A DNA stretch of 64,000 nucleotides from Candidatus Pollutiaquabacter sp. Lineage in GTDB: Bacteria > Bacteroidota > Bacteroidia > AKYH767-A > 2013-40CM-41-45. The notes under the pieces are model-generated. The model saw nothing but the letters and a program-made list of their open reading frames with translations, ran no database searches and was not told where the DNA came from. Positions 58,424 through 64,000 of the stretch are shown piece after piece (position 1 is the first letter of the stretch; each line of letters starts with the position of its first letter). The stretch spans positions 444-64,443 of the forward strand of contig CANIAS010000007.1 in assembly GCA_947465495.1 (NCBI GenBank), in the 5' to 3' direction. The position numbers and the translations under genes are program-made.

Positions 58424-59682
58424 CAGTGGCCGAAAAAGGCAAGACACATAAGACGTTGGCGGACGCCGGAGATACCTTAGTGGCAGAGCTAGGTATTAAA
58501 AAGCTGCAGTTGCACTGGCTCCTGCAAATCACTAAAGCCATCAATTATAATTTTTCAACCAAGCAATTGCTTGATGTCTTTGAGCATGTGCTTAATAGTC
58601 AGTTGCGGGTTGAAAAACTAGCTCTATTCATCCGTGAGCCGTCCTGGAAATGTGCGCTCATGTATGGTACTGATACCACTTTTGCCGGAATCGATCTTGA
58701 TCGTATTCTCTCCGAGCTAAACAAGTTGCACAACCAGGAACTGAACCCTGAATTATGGGTTCACTCGTTTGAGACCATTCTTCCAGTTTATCATAAGGAT
58801 CAGCTACTGGCATATGCCTTGGTTGGTGGAACGGCTAATAGTGTCATTCCGAAAAAGAATGAGCTGATCTCCTTCATTCAGACGATTACTAATCTGATTG
58901 TTGTAGCCATAGAAAATAATCACGTTTCCATCGAGAAAATTCGGCAGGCGGCGATGAAGCGTGAGCTTGAATTGGCTGCTCAGATGCAGAATATCCTTTT
59001 CCCAATTACATTACCGGATACGCCTGATTATCGCCTTCAATCGTATTATTTGCCCCATCAAGAGGTGGGAGGGGATTATTACGATTATATACAGCTCAAC
59101 GAGGATGAATTTGTTATCTGCATGGCCGATGTTTCAGGAAAAGGTATACCAGCTGCATTGCTTTGCTCCAACTTTCAAGCGAATCTCCATGCACACGTGC
59201 ATGTCATCCCCACGCTAACGGAGTTGGTTAAGCTGCTAAACAAGAAGGTATTCAAAAGTGCGCAAGGGGAGAAGTTCATCACGTTCTTCATCGGTCGTTA
59301 CAACGTCAAAACGCGCGAATTGACCTATGTTAATGCTGGACACAATCCTCCCTTTCTCATTCATGAGAAGGTGGTTTATTTATTGAATGAAGGTAGTACC
59401 GCGTTAGGCATGTTTGAAGAGTTGCCGTTTGTCAACGTTGGTAAAACCTACGTTCCAGGCAATGCCTTTCTACATTGTTATACAGATGGTGTCACAGATG
59501 TCGAAAATGAAAAAGGGGAGGATTTCGGCTCGTTTCGCTTGAGAGAGTTTTTTACTTCACGAGCGTCTGAATCGGATCTGAAGAAAGTGCAACAGCAATT
59601 AGTAGATACACTCTTTTCATTCAAGGAGAACGGGATGTATACGGATGATATTACGCTCTTGAGTTGCTGGTTCAAGGGCTGA
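58420..59682 (+). CDS. PP2C/SpoIIE (RsbU-like) protein phosphatase with N-terminal GAF-like region
   Basis: 'VGGDYYD', 'ADVSGKG', 'NAGHNPP', 'YTDGVTD', 'DDITLL'. ATGA overlap with lpxD. Confidence 0.9.
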   Translation: MTVAEKGKTHKTLADAGDTLVAELGIKKLQLHWLLQITKAINYNFSTKQLLDVFEHVLNSQLRVEKLALFIREPSWKCALMYGTDTTFAGIDLDRILSELNKLHNQELNPELWVHSFETILPVYHKDQLLAYALVGGTANSVIPKKNELISFIQTITNLIVVAIENNHVSIEKIRQAAMKRELELAAQMQNILFPITLPDTPDYRLQSYYLPHQEVGGDYYDYIQLNEDEFVICMADVSGKGIPAALLCSNFQANLHAHVHVIPTLTELVKLLNKKVFKSAQGEKFITFFIGRYNVKTRELTYVNAGHNPPFLIHEKVVYLLNEGSTALGMFEELPFVNVGKTYVPGNAFLHCYTDGVTDVENEKGEDFGSFRLREFFTSRASESDLKKVQQQLVDTLFSFKENGMYTDDITLLSCWFKG

Positions 59683-59692
59683 TTTCAATCAA

Positions 59693-61165
59693 TCAGTTAT
59701 TGTGAATTCCTGGCTGGGGTTCTTCTCCAATTTTTTCTTCTTCGCGGTGGTGGTATACGTCAAGAGATACTAGCATTGCCATGTAGGCCCAAAAAGGAAC
59801 GGAGAGCTTGTCGGTGTCCAGGAAATTATTCAAGGTGCCATGTACGAGATAGGTAATCAATCCCAAGAGAATGCCAAGCATCAAAACGCGTAATTGTTCA
59901 TTCCGCGTATTGGAATAGACGACCGTTGCACTGAACAAGGTCACAATGGCGAGAATGATCATGTTGACCATGCCAAATATGCCTGATTCAGCCAGAGGGC
60001 CGATGTATTCAGAGTGTGCATTACCTCGGTCGCCTGCGTTAGTCGAGATGGTTGTCATTTCATCAGACTTTTGAAAGGGTGCATAATTGAATTGATACGT
60101 GCCTGGTCCCCAACCCAAAAATGGACGTTGTTCCCACATCCGAATGGCAGAGTGCCAACGGTTGATGCGTTCCAGATTGGAGGCATCGGTAGAGATGTTT
60201 GAAATGGATTGCAGGTGTTTATTGATGTCCGTGGCAGAATCCTGGCGGTTCTTTTCCAACTTCATTAGGATGTCGTTCTGAAAGGTGAGGAATAATCCGA
60301 TCAGAATTGTTCCGCTGAAAAATACTTTCCAGAATCCAATGCGAAAGTAGTAGATGAAAAAGCAAATAAGCGCAATGAGTAAACTGATCCAGGAGGCGCG
60401 TGTGTAGGAGAGGATGATGGCTGTTACCAGTATAAACGATGCAATCGTCGCAAAAAAGCGTTCGTAAGGAAGCGTGTTGCGTAGTCGTGTAAATGCTATG
60501 AGCACTGGAATAAACATGGCCAACGCAGCAGCATACGCGGTGTGGTCATTGTAAAAAGGATACATGACCCAATGCGCGGCTTTCTGGGTCCATCCTTGTT
60601 GCGCATGTTGAAATATCGTGTAACCAATTACGATGATAAGTCCCAAAGAATAGAGCCAGATAAAGCGATGGATGTTTACTGTTTTTCGAAATAATTGAGT
60701 TCCTAGCAAGTAGAATGGTACAATGAACCAACATTGAGAAAGTAAATTTTTGAAAGACACGACTGGCATAGTGCTCGTCAGCGAGGTGATCAGTTTCCAG
60801 ATTAACACCAACGCAATGGAAAGCGTTACTGGATGAAAAATAATTTTCCGGTCGAATCCTCCGCCGTGAATGATTTTGAATACGGTGATGCACAAAACTC
60901 CGAAAAGCAATGGCTCCGTTGGCATGCTGATGGCCGGACCGCTCGACTTGTCGTTCAAGACAATGGCAAGAGGAGTGCAGAACGCAATTAATAAGAGGAT
61001 TGTATCTAATGAATAAACGGCAATCAGTCCGATGGCCAAGACAGCTGGGAACGCAGCTGCCCAATACATTTCTTTGCTCAGAAAATAAATGACAGCGGCA
61101 ACAAAAGCCAAGCTGATACCATAAAACCAGGCCAGCTTGACGGATTCATGTTTTTCCGTAGACAT
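59693..61165 (-). CDS. O-antigen ligase/Wzy-like family membrane protein
   Basis: Multiple TM helices, 'SYTRASW', 'SNLERINRW', 'P.LGWGPGT' and 'AHSEY'. Confidence 0.85.
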   Translation of the reverse strand: MSTEKHESVKLAWFYGISLAFVAAVIYFLSKEMYWAAAFPAVLAIGLIAVYSLDTILLLIAFCTPLAIVLNDKSSGPAISMPTEPLLFGVLCITVFKIIHGGGFDRKIIFHPVTLSIALVLIWKLITSLTSTMPVVSFKNLLSQCWFIVPFYLLGTQLFRKTVNIHRFIWLYSLGLIIVIGYTIFQHAQQGWTQKAAHWVMYPFYNDHTAYAAALAMFIPVLIAFTRLRNTLPYERFFATIASFILVTAIILSYTRASWISLLIALICFFIYYFRIGFWKVFFSGTILIGLFLTFQNDILMKLEKNRQDSATDINKHLQSISNISTDASNLERINRWHSAIRMWEQRPFLGWGPGTYQFNYAPFQKSDEMTTISTNAGDRGNAHSEYIGPLAESGIFGMVNMIILAIVTLFSATVVYSNTRNEQLRVLMLGILLGLITYLVHGTLNNFLDTDKLSVPFWAYMAMLVSLDVYHHREEEKIGEEPQPGIHNN

Positions 61166-61172
61166 ACCGTTG

Positions 61173-62141
61173 TCAGTCGATATCGGCACTAGCTGTGTTT
61201 TTTTGCGAATCAATAATTAAAAAACAGATGAAGGCCAGGAGTAGTGAAGAGGATACCGTGATTAGTACAATTAACCAGCGGATCGGCCAAGCTTTCTTGT
61301 CCGATGGTTGTGGCTCTGTAACGACGTTGGTATAAGTGAGTTGCTTATACACATCGCGGTAGGCATTATCAAAGGAAATTTTTAGATCGTTGTAGTTCCC
61401 GCGGACGCGCCAGAGATGCTCCGTTAATTCATTGAACTCGCCACCTTTCTCGCGCAAGGCAAGCATCATTTTCTCGGCTTCATTGATTCCTCTGGAACTT
61501 CCAGAAGCAAGTATCCTGAAATAGCCTTCGAAAGCTCGCTCTGATTGTGTCTTGTAGTCCAGGATTCCGTATTCCATACGGAGATTGCGAAGGTGGAATT
61601 CCATGGAATCCATTTCTTGTTTCTTGCGCTCCATTTGATTGCGGCAGATAATCATTACTTCCAGTGATTTTTCTGCCTGAAGCTTACGAGCTTTTAAGTT
61701 GAAGAAATGGATGATTGAATCTACAATCTCAGAAGCAACTTTTGGATCAGTATCGAATGCAGTAATTTCCATGGATTCGTACTCAGTTTTCTTGATTGTA
61801 ACGTTCTCTTCAAACTGGGCGATAGCATCGGTCATGAAATGCGGGTTATTAGCCGTGTCGATACCATAGTGACGGAATAAGTCAAACGATTGGATTACTT
61901 TGTTTCGGATATCCGATGATTGTGCAATCTGAAGCATCTGCTCGGTAGGACTTTCGTTACTATAAGCAATCAAGTTGGATGGATAAATGAGTGCGAATGA
62001 TTTGTACTTCGGTTTCATGAAGTAACTTGAAGAGAAAATCGCTGAGGCCAAAAAGGCAATGCCCGCCACCAGTAAAAGATGTTTGCGTCGTCGCTTGATC
62101 AGTTCGATCAGCTCAAGGGAATTGAAGAAGGTATTATTCAT
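61173..62141 (-). CDS. Wzz/FepE family chain-length determinant
   Basis: N-terminal TM + 'PKYKS', a coiled coil, then Pro-rich 'P...KKAWPIRWLIV' + C-terminal TM. Confidence 0.8.
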   Translation of the reverse strand: MNNTFFNSLELIELIKRRRKHLLLVAGIAFLASAIFSSSYFMKPKYKSFALIYPSNLIAYSNESPTEQMLQIAQSSDIRNKVIQSFDLFRHYGIDTANNPHFMTDAIAQFEENVTIKKTEYESMEITAFDTDPKVASEIVDSIIHFFNLKARKLQAEKSLEVMIICRNQMERKKQEMDSMEFHLRNLRMEYGILDYKTQSERAFEGYFRILASGSSRGINEAEKMMLALREKGGEFNELTEHLWRVRGNYNDLKISFDNAYRDVYKQLTYTNVVTEPQPSDKKAWPIRWLIVLITVSSSLLLAFICFLIIDSQKNTASADID

Positions 62142-62169
62142 GTTTGAGGGTAATGTGGCGATGATAAAT

Positions 62170-63285
62170 TCAGACTTCCAACTGGCGGATACGGTCCAAG
62201 AAAAGAAGTAGGATAAAAGAGACCAGGAGGGTTCCGAGTGTAGAAAGTACAATGATTAGCCAGCGAACAGGGGTGGCCTTGCGCTCGGATTTGTTGGCTT
62301 TGTTTACAATAAATTTGTTCGACATCCCTTGCTGGGAGTCAATCTTTAACTTATCCAATTGCGCTTTAAGCCGGGATGCATCTTTGCGGTCGATTTCAAG
62401 TTCTTCCGTTAAGGAAACACTCGCACCTCCGAAGTCAGCCAGTAGATCCATTTTCTGCTGCAAGGAACGCAAGCGTGCCAAAGCGCCGCCGATTCTCGCT
62501 TTGGTTTGTATGACTGTTGTATCCTTGCTGTCCTGTCCATAATAGGATTCCAGAATGGTCAACGATGCTTTTTCATTGCTGAAGGTAGCATACGACTTGG
62601 CGTATTCTTCGCTCCAAATTTTCGACTGATTGGTGTAGTCAATCACTCCCCTCCTGCGAATTCCTGCTAACGAATCTTCTTTGGCTGCCATGTCCGCCAA
62701 CTTGCGCTGGTAAGCCGTTTCTACTACGGCCAAGGCTTCTAATGCACGCTCCCGTTGAATTCCGCTCTTGGTGGAATCCATCAAGGAGGCAATATCGTTG
62801 GCAATATCGGCCGCCGTCTGTGGGTCGCGGTCTAATACATCAATCCGTACCGACATAAACTCCGTCCGTGCAAAGGAGATGTTCTCGCGATACTCTTCAT
62901 TCAAACGGGTAACCGGAAATTCTTCCGAAGGATTGATGCCGTAATGATTCATCAGGTCGTACTTGCGAATGATCGCATCACGAATAACATCTGAATTCAG
63001 AATTTGTAGAATCTGTTCGGCCTGCTCTTCGGCCCCAAAAGCAAGAATGTCTTGTTTGTCGGAGGTGTTTTCTTCCAACAATGCTTTACTCAACGAGCTG
63101 GTTGCTGGCGGAAAAAAAACGACAGAGGAGTGATACTTAGGTGTGATAAAGGCAGGTCCTGAAAAAATAAAAGAACCAATCGCTGCCAAACAAGTGGTAA
63201 TCAACAACGGCTTTCGCCACCTAAAGGCCTGGACGACCAGACTGGTCGATTCCAAGTAGCTGGTTTCCCGGGCTTGCTGAAACAT
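62170..63285 (-). CDS. Wzz/FepE family chain-length determinant
   Basis: N-terminal TM + 'TPKYHS', a coiled coil, then 'RKATPVRWLII' + C-terminal TM. Confidence 0.8.
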   Translation of the reverse strand: MFQQARETSYLESTSLVVQAFRWRKPLLITTCLAAIGSFIFSGPAFITPKYHSSVVFFPPATSSLSKALLEENTSDKQDILAFGAEEQAEQILQILNSDVIRDAIIRKYDLMNHYGINPSEEFPVTRLNEEYRENISFARTEFMSVRIDVLDRDPQTAADIANDIASLMDSTKSGIQRERALEALAVVETAYQRKLADMAAKEDSLAGIRRRGVIDYTNQSKIWSEEYAKSYATFSNEKASLTILESYYGQDSKDTTVIQTKARIGGALARLRSLQQKMDLLADFGGASVSLTEELEIDRKDASRLKAQLDKLKIDSQQGMSNKFIVNKANKSERKATPVRWLIIVLSTLGTLLVSFILLLFLDRIRQLEV

Positions 63286-63420
63286 TCTAGGATAGAATAG
63301 AGCTTAAAATAAAGGATTCCAAAGGTAGGAAAGTTAACGGAAACAGGAAAGCTTTTTGCATTCTCACGAAGGCATTAAGGATTTGAAAATTAGCATTTTA
63401 ACAACCTTGGCTGAAAGAAG

Positions 63421-63999
63421 CTATGCTTCGTCGTACCGGACGATTCTGTATAGACTTTTTGGCTGAATCAATTGTAGTATAAACGCCACGAGGAAGCAGC
63501 CACAACTGGCAATCACGAATTGCAACATCCAGGGAAGTGCAAGTCCTGCAATACCGTAGTTCAGGCCAATGCAGGATCCTACGAATATCCCGACTCTAGT
63601 CAGAAATCCGGTGTTGGTAGTAAATGCAAAAGTCCGTTTTACCATGATGATTTGTGCCAAGCAAGTAAATACTTGGGTCAGAATACTTGAAATAGCGGCC
63701 CCGGTTGCCTGGTATTTTGGGATCAACACGAAGTTTAACAATACATTGAAAAGCATCCCAATGCTGGCCATGATGTTCAGTTGGCGAAGACTCCCATTTG
63801 CAGTCAATAAAGTACCGTAAATGTAGGTGGCTGAAATCGGAACAAAGCAGCACATCAGAATTCTGAAAACTGCTGCCGATTCATCAATGTGCTGACCTTC
63901 GTACAAAAGGTCCATAATGTGATAACTGAAGAATGCGCAGCAACAGGATACAATCATGGCTGGAATTACCAAGAGTGAAAATGAAAGTCCCGTAATCTC
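63421..63999 (-). CDS. Polysaccharide flippase (Wzx/MOP family), 5'-partial
   Basis: The frame is open to the window end. Flippase C-terminal motifs 'YGTLLTANG' and 'NVLLNFVLIPKYQATGAAI'. Confidence 0.8.
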   Translation of the reverse strand, partial: EITGLSFSLLVIPAMIVSCCCAFFSYHIMDLLYEGQHIDESAAVFRILMCCFVPISATYIYGTLLTANGSLRQLNIMASIGMLFNVLLNFVLIPKYQATGAAISSILTQVFTCLAQIIMVKRTFAFTTNTGFLTRVGIFVGSCIGLNYGIAGLALPWMLQFVIASCGCFLVAFILQLIQPKSLYRIVRYDEA

Positions 64000-64000
64000 T

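Noticed and set aside
60546..61064. 172-aa alternative-frame ORF in the ligase gene
   Set aside because: It lies wholly inside a well-supported CDS and has a non-protein-like composition.
1..64000. Prophage, IS or genomic island; tRNA or rRNA genes
   Set aside because: No integrase, transposase or phage motifs, no obvious compositional break, and no tRNA or rRNA signatures recognised by eye. tRNAscan-SE or Infernal would be needed to exclude them formally.

Overview
A 64 kb chromosomal window from a Bacteroidota bacterium. The assignment rests on a SusC/SusD pair, seven T9SS cargo proteins and TAnnTTTG promoter boxes. Gene order: partial T9SS Ig-like protein; OM beta-barrel; CBS protein; SusC-SusD-(LamG/PNGase F-like/T9SS) locus; two large type-B T9SS adhesin-like proteins flanking a Gre-like gene; FucP-type MFS; GapN and a BadF-type sugar kinase; an MbnP-MbnH-YHYH(T9SS) operon; lipoprotein plus DUF5723-like barrel; SBBP/Ig T9SS protein; an allantoinase-like enzyme with altered active-site residues, divergent from a fungal-type cytosine deaminase; a J-domain + HIRAN pair; a cNMP-domain hybrid kinase + HD hydrolase pair; an 11-subunit complex I operon (nuoABCDHIJKLMN, no nuoEFG) ending in a small unknown ORF; rnhB, GT4, lpxD-like and PP2C genes; and a Wzx-Wzz-Wzz-WaaL-like cluster. 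I saw no rRNA, tRNA, CRISPR array, prophage or transposase. The best candidates for undescribed systems are MbnPH-YHYH, the cNMP-kinase/HD pair, J-domain/HIRAN and the extra ORF on the headless complex I operon. All family calls come from recognising motifs by eye, not from database searches.
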